Source of the DNA: Rhizophagus irregularis
Lineage: Eukaryota
Direction: 5' to 3'
DNA: 64,000 nucleotides
Assembly (NCBI RefSeq): GCF_026210795.1
Contig: NC_089434.1
Coordinates: forward strand, 2,666,001 to 2,730,000
Part shown: positions 12,131 to 25,067 of the stretch, piece after piece
Layout of the letters: each line of letters opens with the position of its first letter
Numbering within the stretch: position 1 is the first letter of the stretch
Translations under genes and position numbers: made by a program
Notes under the pieces: generated by a model
Told to the model about the DNA's origin: nothing
Databases searched by the model: none
What the model saw: the letters and a program-made list of their open reading frames with translations, nothing else

Positions 12131-13001
12131 GAAGACATACATTTTCAGTCTGAAAATTCAATGATAAACTATGCGTGATTGCGTGAATTATTATACTTAG
12201 TGCAAATGAAAATTTTAAATTCATGAGGACGCTTAGTATTATATTAGTATTTCAAAAGGAAAATTTGTAATTGCTAATCTTATCAGTTATTATCTTTAAA
12301 ATCATTACGTATATGATATTAATAAATAAATGAGGATCTTGTAAGCAAATGCGTTTTTCATTGGACGACAATTTGTTTCGATTATTTATATTATATATAT
12401 TATATCTACCGTCATTACTACAATATTTACATTATATTAGTAATAATTTTCTTTTCAGTATTAATAAAGTAATTAACAAAATTTTATGAATTGGATAACT
12501 ACGCCACATGTAATAATTAGAATCACGTCATCTTTGAACTTTTTGTTAGAACTTTATTATTTTATTAAATAAATTTAATTTTGGAAAAATATGATTGTAA
12601 ATTGTCACACAAATTTGCATTATCTGATAGACCGAAATTCTATACTATTCTCTTTTTGCTGTTCATAAAACTCTATCAGAATCTGCATCATACCCAAAGC
12701 TTCAAGAATAAATACTAACCTTGATTTAATTTTCACAAATGTTCAACAATAACATGAATACATCCTTCTTTTGGACGCTCAATATTATTTTAATTCATTA
12801 GTATCACAGAATTTATCTGTAAGATGAATCGATACCAAAATTTAAAAAATGAACACAACAATTTTATTGGTAGTCAATCATGTGTTCGTTGGCACGTGCG
12901 AAATTTGGCGCAGTATTAGAAAATCACATTTTTTATCGAATCTTCTTTTCAATCCTTTTATTCTTTTTTTTTTAAATTATATTTAAAAATGATTATAAAT
13001 A

Positions 13002-13135
13002 CCGTATTTTGCGGTATATAAGCACCTTTTTTTGCACTTGATGCCGGCCAAGATCCTCATAATTTTGGCCAAAATCGCCATAATTCTGGCCAGGGGTGCT
13101 TACTTTCAGGGGTGCTTACTTACCGCAAAATACGG
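13002..13135. mobile_element. 134-bp MITE, Tc1/mariner superfamily (pogo-like termini)
   Basis: TIRs CCGTATTTTGCGGTA..TAAGCACC at both ends. TA flanks at 13000-13001 and 13136-13137. Confidence 0.88.
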
Positions 13136-13355
13136 TAAATTTGAATAATTCTATTTAAAATTACTTGCGAAAAATATTTAGACAAAAAAAATGAGTTATA
13201 TATAAAATGCAAAATTTATAAGTAAAATAACAAATTATTATAAATGATTACAAAAGTTACACTCTTTAATTCTAAAAGTCATTTAATTATAAAAAAAGAT
13301 AAAAAATGATTTCTTTAGAGATCTAATATAACCAAGCAAAAAAAAAATGAATTAT

Positions 13356-16300
13356 CTATGCATCTCTTCTAATAATTTCTGAATTAACAGGGTTATATTG
13401 AATATTGAGTTTATCTAATAAGTCTTTTTTCAATTCCGGAAAATCATTGATATTCCATTCACCTTTACTAATCATTTCTTTAACTTTTTCTCGAGCCTTA
13501 ACAACATCAGCGTAATAATGTCTTAAAGTTAAAATTATATATTAGTAAAAAAAAAAATTGTCAAATAAAGAGATAAATAAAATAAATAAATGACATACAT
13601 TACTTCAGGAAACCATGCTTCCCAACGTCTCTGATGTGGAAGTAAGTAAAATAATTCAATTTCGACTAGAATCTACAAGAAGAAAAAATTGAGTACTTCT
13701 TACAAAAAAAATATAATTTTATTAAAAATGAAATTATTATACCTCTGCCTTTTGCATTAAATATGAGATTCTATTATTATCTTTTTCAATTGCTTTATTG
13801 AGCAAACCAATAAACAAATTCATAAGATATACAACAATCATAAAAGAAAATAAGACAATTAATATGATAAGAGCAGGATGTTCTTTATACGCCCATTTAT
13901 TTGATAAAGCACTTGGATCACCTATTAATAATAGTAAATGATTTAGATTGAACAAGACTTAAAAAAGAAAATAAAAGAATTAAAAGATGTGAATTATACC
14001 TGTAAGAAATAAATATATTGCAAAAAGTGCGGTTCCATAATCTGTAAACATGTTGGTATTCTCATCAGGTGCTTGAATAAATGATGCGTTCTGCGCAGTT
14101 GTTCCATTTATTTGATTATAATACGTTGTATTCAAATTCCAAGGATTATTAGGATCATTATTAATTGTAGGTTGATCCAAGACATAGGCAAGTTTTGGTT
14201 TTAAAAGGACAAAAAAAGCATGAGCAAAACTAATAATTATAATAAATAAAATGACCAAAAAGGAAATCAATTGTTTCGCAACACCAACAATTATTGCGAA
14301 ATAGATACCAAATGATTCAAATGCTCTAAAAAACAATAGAAATTTTATGTCTAATAAAAGACATGAAAATGAGAGCAAAGAAGTGTTTTCATTATTTGAA
14401 TGTAACCAATAAATGGAAGTGGCAGTTGGAATTAAATATGCACCCAAATCTATATGAATGTAATAAATTTAATAATATCATAACAAAGTCATGTATTGTA
14501 TACTAATTTAATTCTTACCAAAAAAATTCCAATAATTGAGAAACCATTTTTTAGGATTATAGATAAATTGACGAATTTCTTGAATAAGATGAAAAGATCC
14601 AAGAGTAATTGAGGTCTTTAAAACGTTCCTCTTTAAATTTTCATTAAGGTAATCTTGAGGAATTGTTGCGACAGCAGTAAAACACAAAAATAAAGCCATA
14701 AATAAATTACAAATTATAAAATAATAATACTTTCCGTAGGCGTTCCACTTAAAATTAATTAATGCTTCCCCATTCCATGTTTTGTAGATATCTCTATTTA
14801 TTATATTAACAAATGGACTAGGTTTAGGCCAAAATAAATCAAAAATGTAATTATAATCTCGTGGATAATTAACAAACTTAATATATGAAATCATAAAAGT
14901 AATTGTTGGTATTGAAGGTCTTGAATGTATTAAGTAAATTTTATAAATAAAATAAATTAATATAATTGTGGAAATTGAAAAAATAATGGAAAAAATTTGA
15001 GCATGATTAGAAATAAAAAGAGCTAAGAAAAGTATTGAAATCACAACTAGCGCATAAGTTACATAATAAAGAACTATTAATGGAATCGGTGGTAACATAG
15101 AAATAAATCGGTCTATATATATTGTATATATTGCACATAAAATAGGCGGATGAATCAAATTAACTTTTGGAGGATGTTTGAAAAAAGAATAAAGATGTAA
15201 ATTGATATTTCGATGTTTTAAACTATAAATAGGAGAATCTATAATCATGGCTGTTTCTAATGAATATCTTAAGATATATTCAGGAAAATGTTCATTCAAC
15301 AATGGCATTGTAGAAGTAATAATACTTAAAAACTTGCTATTGTTTCTTAAATCTTGTCTAAAATAAATTATACATTTTTTATAAATATCTTCTATCAATT
15401 CAAATTTATGTTCTTTAATTGAGAATGATAATAATTCAACACCATATTTCAAAAGACTTGACTTATTATCTATCAAATATGAAGTCCATTCATCATTCAA
15501 TTTAAAACTCTCATAATTAAGTAAAGGTAAAGTGGGAGTTGAAAATTTTAATTTTTTATAATAATAATAATAATAATGATAGTAATAGTAACGTTTTAAT
15601 TTTAATCCTAACAACCCAGGAATAAAATTCATATACTCCATATATTTTAAATATTTTAAATACATATGATAATAATAGTTTAAGGAAATAGATTTGTTAT
15701 CTTCATTAAAATGATAAATAAAAAGACCAATTGTTGTTAATATAAGGATATCACCGTTATCAAATAATGAGCTACTAATTAAATACTTTTCAAAGTTTGA
15801 ATAATCGCTATCAAATTTCGTGGAAGTTCGATACCACTTATCCTTGAGAACTCGCAATTCAATTTCTTCATCATCAATTTTTATTTTCCACTGGTTAAAT
15901 TCAAGTTCACGTTTTTGTACATAGTAATTTGATGAAGCAACAACAAATAATTTACGTATAGCATTCATATAAGGACTGAATAAATGGGCATTTAAGAGTT
16001 TGAAATCTTCCTTGATCCTAAAATGACTATAATAATTATTGGAATAATCATACCAGTTATCAATAATTTCGTCAGAAATTTGAAGTGGAAAATTAATCTT
16101 TGATATCACATTTTCAACTTTAATCTTCTGAACATTTCCATCTAGAATTCCAAACCCATAGTTATTTGTAGTTAGAATGTTATTTGGTAATGGATTTTCT
16201 ATATTTAAACGATCTAAACTTTTTTTCCAACAATAATCCATGATAGATTTCCAAATTCCTTTATTCGGTATACGATCAAATAATTGAAGTAATACAAGAC

Positions 16301-17293
16301 ATGATCCGGTATGTTTCATAAAATTATATAGTTGAATATCTAAATAAAGATTAATTTAGTATAAATGATAAGATTAATGTTTTAATTTTTTAAAAAAATC
16401 AATACCATTGTTTATATCCAAAGTAGCGATAGGAATTCTTAATTCAATTGAATAAATAATAATTTCATCCTCGATTCTTAGACAAATAAATATACCATTA
16501 CTGGAAATTCTCACGTCCTTTGCGTCCTTTGTTTTCATCCAAAACATTCTTATGAAATTTCCAGTAATACTATTCCACTCATAGGCATAATCATTCGAAA
16601 ATAAATAAAGTTTGTCATATCTTGTAATTAATTCAGTTAATTCAAAATCTTCGGGCAACTCGTAAATTCTTTTGCACTTCAAATCGTTATTGTTACTTTG
16701 TGTAGAATAAATATAAATATAAAGATGGCTTTCTCGATATAAAACAAATAAAATAAATTCTCCTTTTGAATTAAAGGTGCAATAATATGGTTTAAAATAT
16801 TTTCTTATGTCGATGAAGTATTCTATAAAAGATTTTAAACGATAATAATTTCTCATATCGATTTTTATTTGATTATTATTTCTTATGTCGATTATATCTA
16901 ATATATAATTAATTATAAAGATTAATGTTTAATATCGATTTTCTTCAGGTAATATTTTTAAGTTAATATTTATAGAAACTACTTACTTAAAAGCGTCCTG
17001 TCATTATTAATATATGCAAGTTTCTTATCATCAGAAACACATATTTGGTTTATTTCATAATTTATTTTGACACTATCGTTTGATTTAAGTTGTCCTTCAT
17101 CTACATCTTCGATATTCCAACCGACAACTGAATGATCTTCTTGACTATAAGTAACAAGATACCTTCCACCTGGTGATATTTCTATCTTAGTAATAGGTTT
17201 ATTATTATGCGGTTTGTCAGTAATACTATTTCTATTGGATTCGATTATGTTATTAGTATTCATGGGGACAATATACGAAGAAGCGTCATTCAT
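13356..17293 (-). CDS. Large TRP-like cation channel protein with N-terminal WD40-like region (family expanded in Glomeromycota); 7 exons
   Basis: ORFs at 16979-17293, 16374-16856, 14508-16319, 13980-14447 and 13737-13955, plus small exons ILVEIELFYLLPHQRRW..WFPEV and HYYADV..., are joined by GT-AG introns. Motifs include ITKIEISPGGRYLVTYS, WNGEALINFKW, FLLFFRAFESFGIYF, SFAHAF and YLMNLFIGLLN. Stop TAG at 13358-13356. Confidence 0.88.
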
Positions 17294-18529
17294 TTTTATA
17301 ACTAGGAAACTATTTGTATAAATACAAATAATTTTTTTTTTAAAAAAAAATAAAAAAAAAGAACGATTCTACCGAAACCACTTTATATAAATTTGACGAA
17401 CACTAATAATTATTTTACATTGTTCCAGTTTCTTGATTAGGATATTATTACGCATTGAAATGACATAAATTCTTCTGGAAAATTATAAAAAGAAAAGGAA
17501 ACTGCGGAAAATGCGTAGGTACTGTACTACGTTCCTTATTATGGAGGATTCGTAGGCGGATTTTGAAATCCGTCTCGTGAAATCTTTTTGGAAAATTCCT
17601 GTTAGATAACTTGTATGCTTTATAACCAGTGAAAATTTATTATCGATAGAATTTTTGTATTTCCGCTGACTAATGATTCAATTTGATGTCAAACACATTA
17701 TTTTTTTTTTATTAATTGATTTGTAGTAAACGTATTTTTTTTTCATTCAAATTCTTATATATAGTAATAAATTTTAACATACAATACAAAAAAACGATCT
17801 TTTTTAACTAAAATTTGTAAAAACTTTTGGTTATCAGATAGTTTTTATTAGCTTTATTATCTATTACCAATAAAAAATAAAAGTAAAATTAAAGCTTTAA
17901 TTAGGGTGATTTTTTACCAATATTAATTAGCCATAATTGATATTAAAATTTCGTTACATTAAAAATTCTTTAAAAAAAAACTTAAGACTATCTCCTCATT
18001 TTTTGAAAATATTTGTTTAGCAAAGTGGCTGAAGAAAAATCAAGTTTTTACCGGAATACTTTCATAAGAATTAAAGTTATCTGAATATAAAAGCCGACTC
18101 TTGCGACGATCATAATCTTTCAATAGTAAAATTCATATGGAACTGCATGACGATATTTAATTTTCTTCTGAAAAAAAACGGAGTTTTAGATTTTGTGTTA
18201 GTCTGAGCAAAAAAATTTTTGCGCACATTTTATATACTGCAGTAAAATCTATTTTTAATGATTATGACACCTTTTGAACCTAATAGGAAGTTTAAATGAT
18301 ATAAGCGATTTTTTATTAAAAACAAGATTTTTTTTTTTTGGAATTTCGTGTGACATTTAATCTTGTATAATTTCGCATCATTATTTTTTTGCCACTTAAT
18401 ATAAACCTTTATTAATAGGGCGTTATGTAGTATTTAAAAATAGATACAGTTGGTTTTGAGCTGAGAAAATAGCACTCGAGTTACCGGAAAAGATGGTGAA
18501 ACTGAAAAAGCAAGCTTTTAATTATTTAA

Positions 18530-18660
18530 TTGTCCGGAACGAAGCGAAGGTATCGATACTAAAAAGAATTTCGCGAAAAAAAATTTTGAAAATTTTGAAA
18601 AATAGAACAGATTTCAAATACTGTACAATTAATTTCACTCCGCAGTTTCCGTTTCTAATA
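18530..18660 (+). mobile_element. Degenerate copy of the Helentron/HINE-like element seen at 22551-22786
   Basis: 5' ttgtccggaacgaagcgaagg and decayed 3' ttcactccgcagtttccgtttctaata. Confidence 0.5.
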
Positions 18661-18849
18661 TTATGTACTCTACACGTAAATAAATTTAAATGGTTCCTAT
18701 TGACTATTGATTTTCTAACGGGAGTGAAATCTTAAATATTATGTCATTTTATAAAACACATTCTTGATATTATTCCATGAACTTGAGGTTTGAACAATAT
18801 CATAGTAACGTTTAAGTTAACACGCACGATAATATAATAACATTCATGA

Positions 18850-19380
18850 TATGTGATTCTCGATTTCTGAAAGTCTTTCTGAATGGTTTGTTTATAATAT
18901 CCATAATAGTGAAACATTCGTGGTCCGCATTTTATTTCATAACCGTTCCATTGGTTTTTATATGTGGAAAATTTGTCAATGTAGAAAATATTTCAAACCC
19001 AAACGGTGTCATTGTATTCGCTATTACGGAGGTTTTTTGCAGATTCCTCTGTAAGACCCCATCTCTTAAGCAATTCCTTATCTTCACACCCTCAATTCCT
19101 ACAATGCCAATACAGATGATCGGATTCAGTTGCTCGCGTTCTTCAAGAATTCAATACGAAACCTTTCAATTACGATTTACGAGACTTGATTGAAGTTTAA
19201 GATGGTGAATTGGATCAAATCAACTGGCCTTTTGAATGTGATTTCGCCATAATTCTCCAAGGCAGTGAGAATGCTGTCCACACCCCACCACAATCTTTCA
19301 TTTGGAACTAAATCTTGGTATGTCATACTTTCATTCGTCCATATCATCCAATATACGACAATTGCATTAAATGCCACATG
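18850..19380 (-). pseudogene. Degenerate copy 2 of the unknown family (KELLKRWGLTEESAKNLRN...QWNGYEIKCGPRMF)
   Basis: Frameshifted, stop-containing segments with colinear DNA homology to 11640-12010. Confidence 0.6.
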
Positions 19381-19436
19381 ATCCCTAATGAAATCAATTG
19401 TGATTTCAAACGATCACCCAAAGTCGAGGTTAGGGC

Positions 19437-19660
19437 TAGTGCTTCGATCCGGATGAAAACTTTGAATATTTTCATGTGACGATTATGGCTGAGAAAGATT
19501 ATGAATTTCAGATTTAAACAGACTATAATTTAAACCAACATTAAAGTATTATTATCCCAAAAATTTATACTAATTCTGGCCAAACTCATAGTGCCAGCGA
19601 AATTTAATGAAATTCAATCCGGATGAAAATCCGGATAAAACCGCTAGGATCGAAGTACTA
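19437..19660. mobile_element. 224-bp hAT-type MITE
   Basis: 14-bp TIRs TAGT(G/A)CTTCGATCC (13/14 match). Perfect 8-bp TSD GTTAGGGC at 19429-19436 and 19661-19668. Subterminal (T)CCGGAT(G)AAAA repeats. Confidence 0.92.
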
Positions 19661-20919
19661 GTTAGGGCTGCCTAGGTGGATATTAATTCCGTTTTTACTT
19701 ATATTGGGCGCTTTGGTAGTTTGTTGCGTGAAAAAAATTTTATATTACCCTGTATTTTACAATTTTAAAGTGAAAAGAAAAAAAGGATAGAAATTAGGAA
19801 ATTCACTCTGTCGCACAGACCCGAGTACCTATCGTATTTTCTTTTTATATCAAAGTAATAGTGAGTGAGATGTTGGGCAGGTATGGAACGAGATTAAGAA
19901 ATGTAGAAAAATCATTTTTTTTTCTTGTAGAACAAGTATATGAGAGAGTTTTTGAGGGTGTCATAATTATTAAATAAAAGATTTTTCAATCGATATTGAA
20001 TTAAGAAATAAATAATTGTTAATAATCAACAAATATTATTAAAATATTACTTTAACGATATAATACTGTATTAGTTTTTTCATAATAAAATTATCTTTTT
20101 CAATTATTGTTACTCCGTGCTGCACAACAATTAAATGTTTGTTCAGAAAACATAAAAAATGACTATTTGCAACCGAAATTATATAATTTCTACGTTGATA
20201 AGAATTAAATATGATATAAATTCCGGTAAATTTCTGTCTCTCACGTGACGTCATCCGATATTTAATAATGTACAGTACAGTACATAGTTATAAAAAATAA
20301 ATAAGTTATAATGCGAAGATTAATATAATGTCATCATTCTAATACTACTATTTAACTAGTTAAACATTATAATTCCAATTTCAAAGACATTATCTTTATA
20401 TGGATTTGTAGTTAATGTTATTATAATAATTACATTAAATATGAAATTTATCTGAATTATTATATTGAAGCTTAATCAAATCTATAATTCCTTGAGGTTG
20501 ATTTTGATTGAATCGATTCTAAATGATTCGTATTTGTTTGTTCGTGTTGTTTTATCTCAGAAATAGCGCGATATTTTTCTATTTGTAATTCATTTCTGTG
20601 ATCATTAAAAGATTATATAAACTTCATTTTTTTTTTGTTAGCGTTAGACGTAAGTTATCTTTATTTTACAGTTCTTTCAATATGTAAACAGATATTCAAT
20701 TAATAAAATGATAAAAAATTATAGTGATACATTTCAGATTTCCTATGATAAAAGTCTTTGCATTTTTTTGATTCCTTTTTGATTAACCAAATATCTTTTT
20801 TTTTTGGTTGACTTACTAAACTTTTTTCTTTTTATACGATGTTCTTCATAATTACGTCGTTCCCGATGACTAATTGAACTTAGATTGCAAAATTTTATTA
20901 TCTAATAACCTTGTTTGTC

Positions 20920-21460
20920 ATGAATTCAAGACGAGACTACCTCTTCAGAACGGAGCTAATGTGGAAAATTAAATAGGCGGTGATCTTACCATCTTAGTAA
21001 GAAGAGGATCTCTTGTTTCGTCAGGTAATGTAGTTTTGGAAGTGGCTGATGCAATTAATTGTGGAAAAGAAACCATATCATTTAAAGTCATTCGATTAAT
21101 ATAACGTTATATGAAGGCTTGGAAGTGTTTTATTAAAAAAAAATGCACTTACTCGGTCCATTTCGAGTATGAGATTTCATCAGTTATCAGTTGTTTGTAT
21201 TGTGCGTGCTTGAAATATAAAAAAAATTGTAAATATCAAACCCAATAACATAACAGCAGCAAAATAACTGTTCATACTTTGTCAATTGTGAAAATGAACT
21301 TCTAAAAGGAATAATAGCATCTATTTTCAAGGGGCAAAACTGCGCGTCCACCCAGTACGGAAACTTTAACAATCACAACTTTATATCTCACTGCAGTCTT
21401 CTTCTTAATAATTCCAAGCTTGAAAACCTTTTATAAATAATTATTGACTTGTCAACAACA
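20920..21460 (-). pseudogene. Degenerate copy 3 (partial) of the same unknown family
   Basis: aaataggcggtgat...agtaagaagag...tcaggtaatgtagttttg at ~20971-21040 matches ~12027-12112 (ITLPDE/TTLPDE..LLT). The upper boundary is uncertain. Confidence 0.45.
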
Positions 21461-22550
21461 TGTTATAAGTTCTTGGAAAAAGATGTTAATAACAATATTG
21501 ATCGAGAGAAAGTCGAATTCACAGACTTTTACTTAATTCAGCCACATTTATATTCAAAATAGTAAGCTTTTTCTTAAAAATTAATTTAATCCTGATATTT
21601 CCTTCGATTTTCAAATGATTTTAAATGATTAAACTCTTCGTGAATGTAAGTCAACAAGTGTGACAAATAAAATGAGATTATATGACGTCGCTGTAGTTTA
21701 CCTTACTGAAGACATTTATTGAAGAGTATAAAAACAAAAGATCGGGCTGATTACTACAATAAAGAAAATGATTATTTGAAAAACTACCGTCATGTCTAAT
21801 CAAATGTACACGTAAAATTACTTTGGCTGGCAAAAAGTAAATGTGTATTATATACCATATTTATAAATAAGGCCGTGAATCAAAATTTTAACTATAAAAG
21901 ACCTAATATTAATAAAATTTTATCTTCTCCACCCTGTCCAAAACTCACCTATGAAGATAATACTAAATATACTATCCTCCAAAAAATGGTTACGGAAATA
22001 ATTGGCAACTTAGCTTTATTCATTTATCGATTTTTGATATGTATTGGCGCAGTATTTTTGTTATAAATAACAACAATGCTGCGCCGATTTATGCGAATAT
22101 ACCCATTAACCATTTATAATTGTGAAATTTTATTGATCTTTTTAAGTTGGTATGACTTGGTTGGTTACGGAGAACAGCGAATAAATATTGTAAATACTGC
22201 ATGCAGTACGTTAATCTATCTATAACAGATAATGACAATCATTTTTCATTTTTTTTAAAATACACGCGTGAGATAATGTCGAAATTATATTGTTAATAAA
22301 TTGAGTACAACTGTTATTGGTGATGTTTTGCGTCGTCCTTCCTTACGTAATGTTGATTTACTACATAGGCGTAAAATTAATATTTGGTACAAAATTATTA
22401 AGTGATGAAACATTCGATCTTTTTACGGAAAATAATTTCGATCTATCGAATATATAGGAATTGTTCTGCTCATTCTTTTATAATACTATTCATAAAAATA
22501 CTTAATAATCAAACTCAGACATTAGATATTCTTTATGAATATAGAAATTA

Positions 22551-22786
22551 TTGTCCGGAGCGAAGCGAAGGACTATATATGTCTACGCACTATGATGATC
22601 TATGGAAATAACGTGTAAATTTTCAATCACATGAGTTTCTCTGTCCAGGAATTCCAAGACGTTATGCTGCTAATCAGCAGAAAATTACCGGAATTCCAAG
22701 GCGTTATGCTGCTAATTAGTAGAATATCGCTACATCTTTATTTATTATACTTCGCTCCGGACTTACAACGGTTCCCGTTTCCTAGT
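22551..22786 (+). mobile_element. Non-autonomous Helitron/Helentron (HINE-like) element, ~236 bp
   Basis: Perfect 13-bp subterminal IR GTCCGGAGCGAAG (22553-22565 / 22750-22762). 3' hairpin AACGG-TTC-CCGTT, then CTAGT at 22782-22786. Internal duplication of a ~36-bp unit. Confidence 0.65.
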
Positions 22787-23343
22787 ATTTTAGAACAAAT
22801 AATGAATCAAATTGGGGATAAGGAGGACGCTCGGAGAAAGAAAAGAAATTCCGCGTTGTATATATATATAATATTGAAAAATCATGATATAACAGTCGTA
22901 GAAGGAAAAATATTAAATTTCTATAATGATATATAAAGTAGATGTAGCGAGATATGCACATGATTTCGTTGTCTTGCTAAATAAGGTTTATCAATTCTAA
23001 TTTGTTTATAATATTTTTCATGTATGAATTGTATGAATTTCTGAATTACAAATCTTTTAAGGTTGATCTCTCAAATGTTACACATTGTACCTAATATTGT
23101 TACAGTATGTGAGTTCCTTTTGTCGGTTCCTAATGAGATGAATTCGCGGCTATAAAAACTACAGATACTGTATAAAAGGGGCTTTATTCAACAAAAAAAA
23201 TTGGTTTCTATTCTTTTAAAAATTTTCTTATTTATTATGATGAATCCCCTTTAAATAATAATATCAATAATATCCAAGATAGATTTATTATTGATAATAG
23301 TGGGTTTAATATTTATTCTAGTGATTTACCACAAACAAATGTT

Positions 23344-23808
23344 ATGCAAATAGAACAACATTCATCAAATACTCTTAATAACAACTTAAATATTTCTTAT
23401 GGCATTCCAGTATCTTACGCAACTAATAATTATGAACGACAATCCATGACCCCTTCTATAAATAATGAACGTGTTATTTCAACATCTACTATACAATCTA
23501 ATCCTGCTGCAAACTCATCAAATTCATCCTATACGCCATATAATTCCAATCATAACGTTAATACTCCATCGCTAAATTTTAATAATCCCGGAACATTTAG
23601 ATTTGAGATTCCGGGATTCGTAATTGTCGTTATACCTACTACGCCTACCACAAATTCAACTAGTTTAAATACGCAAAATCAATTTCAACAGGAGCATACT
23701 TACTCAAATATCACTAACGATAATTCGCACACTCAATTTCAACAACAACAACAAAATTTTCTTGATGTAAATGGTTCATTTATCAATTTCAATAACTTTC
23801 GTGGGTAA
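23344..23808 (+). CDS. Hypothetical N/S/T/Q-rich low-complexity protein with FRFEIPGFVIVVIP motif
   Basis: 154-aa ORF with coding-like composition. The frame stays open upstream to ~23240. A TATAAAA lies at ~23171. Confidence 0.65.
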   Translation: MQIEQHSSNTLNNNLNISYGIPVSYATNNYERQSMTPSINNERVISTSTIQSNPAANSSNSSYTPYNSNHNVNTPSLNFNNPGTFRFEIPGFVIVVIPTTPTTNSTSLNTQNQFQQEHTYSNITNDNSHTQFQQQQQNFLDVNGSFINFNNFRG

Positions 23809-24113
23809 CACTTTCTGATTTAAGTAATATAACATACAGTATACTATATGCTATTCTACACATCTATTTTTCCTATCATTATACTATATTTTATTTTGAT
23901 ATTTTTATATAAGGAGAATTTTATAGGTTATTTATTAGCAATATTTATTATTAAGGTTAATTTTATGATGTATTATCATGATTAAATAAAATTTATCGTT
24001 AAAATAATTAAAACTACGTGATAACTTTTTTTATGTGAAGTTTAATAGAATGATGACTGACTGATTGGAATCCGGAACGGCACATTATTGATGCGTTAAA
24101 TTAATTTGATTTC

Positions 24114-25067
24114 CAAAATTCTTGTAGAGAATCGTAAGCGATTTTTAATAACCTTTCTCAGAGATACTCACCAAACTAAAAGGTTGCTTTATTATCAATT
24201 TTGGCCTCTTTTTTTCTAACATTCACTTTATGTACTTTATCTTTCGAAGAACAATCGCTTTATGATGAATTTTTAAAGCAAACTAATTTATATGGGAATT
24301 ATAAAGCTTTAATTTGGGCCAACATTAACTAACTTTTTGCAGGGATAAACGAGGTAGTACTCCGTGACTTTCTTATTATAATACCTATATAAATTATGCA
24401 AGCTTAATTTTTTTAAAAAAAAGGGATGAGAATTTTTTTTAAAAAAATGCAGGATCGCCTATCAATAATATGGACCAGGGAGAGAAGGAGTTGATACGTT
24501 GAGGCCATACCAATTGGATTTTCTGTTTAACACGAATTTTTATTGAAAAAAGAGGGGGGGTGCCAAAAATAATTTTCAAAATTTTTTAAAACTATTATTA
24601 ACTATCAAATTTTGAAAATATGAGGGAAGAGGAGTAAAAAACAAAAAAAATCAAAGACTTTTTCTTTTTTTGATGTTATATAAACTTGGAATTTTTGAGA
24701 GGGGAGGGGGGATTGTTAAACAAAATTCTTGTAGAGGAGAATCGTTAACTGACGATGATTGTGTGCTTTTTAATAACCCTCAGGAACACTCACTAAACTA
24801 AAAGATTGTTTTTTATCAATTTATCCAACACTTACCTTATGTGATCTCTGAACTTTATCTTTCAAAGAACGGTCGAGAATTTTAAAGCAAACTAATTTAT
24901 GTGAGAATTACAAAGCTTTAATTTGGGCCTACATTAACTCGCTTTTTTAGGGGATATGGTGAACGAGGTAGTACTCCGTTATAATACCTATATAAATTAT
25001 GCGAGCTTAAATTTTTTTAAAAAAAGGGATGAGAATTTTTTTTAAAAAAATGCAGGATCGCCTATCA
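24114..25067 (+). repeat. Direct duplication of a ~350-bp non-coding unit (24114-24464 and 24721-25067)
   Basis: Colinear from caaaattcttgtagag to tgcaggatcgcctatca, with small indels. Confidence 0.9.

Noticed and set aside
19430..19667. TTAGGG hexamers as telomeric repeats
   Set aside because: Only single units, explained as part of the 8-bp TSD.
22631..22936. 101-aa ORF with a duplicated EFQxVMLLISR
   Set aside because: Arises from the internal duplication of the HINE-like element and runs across its end.
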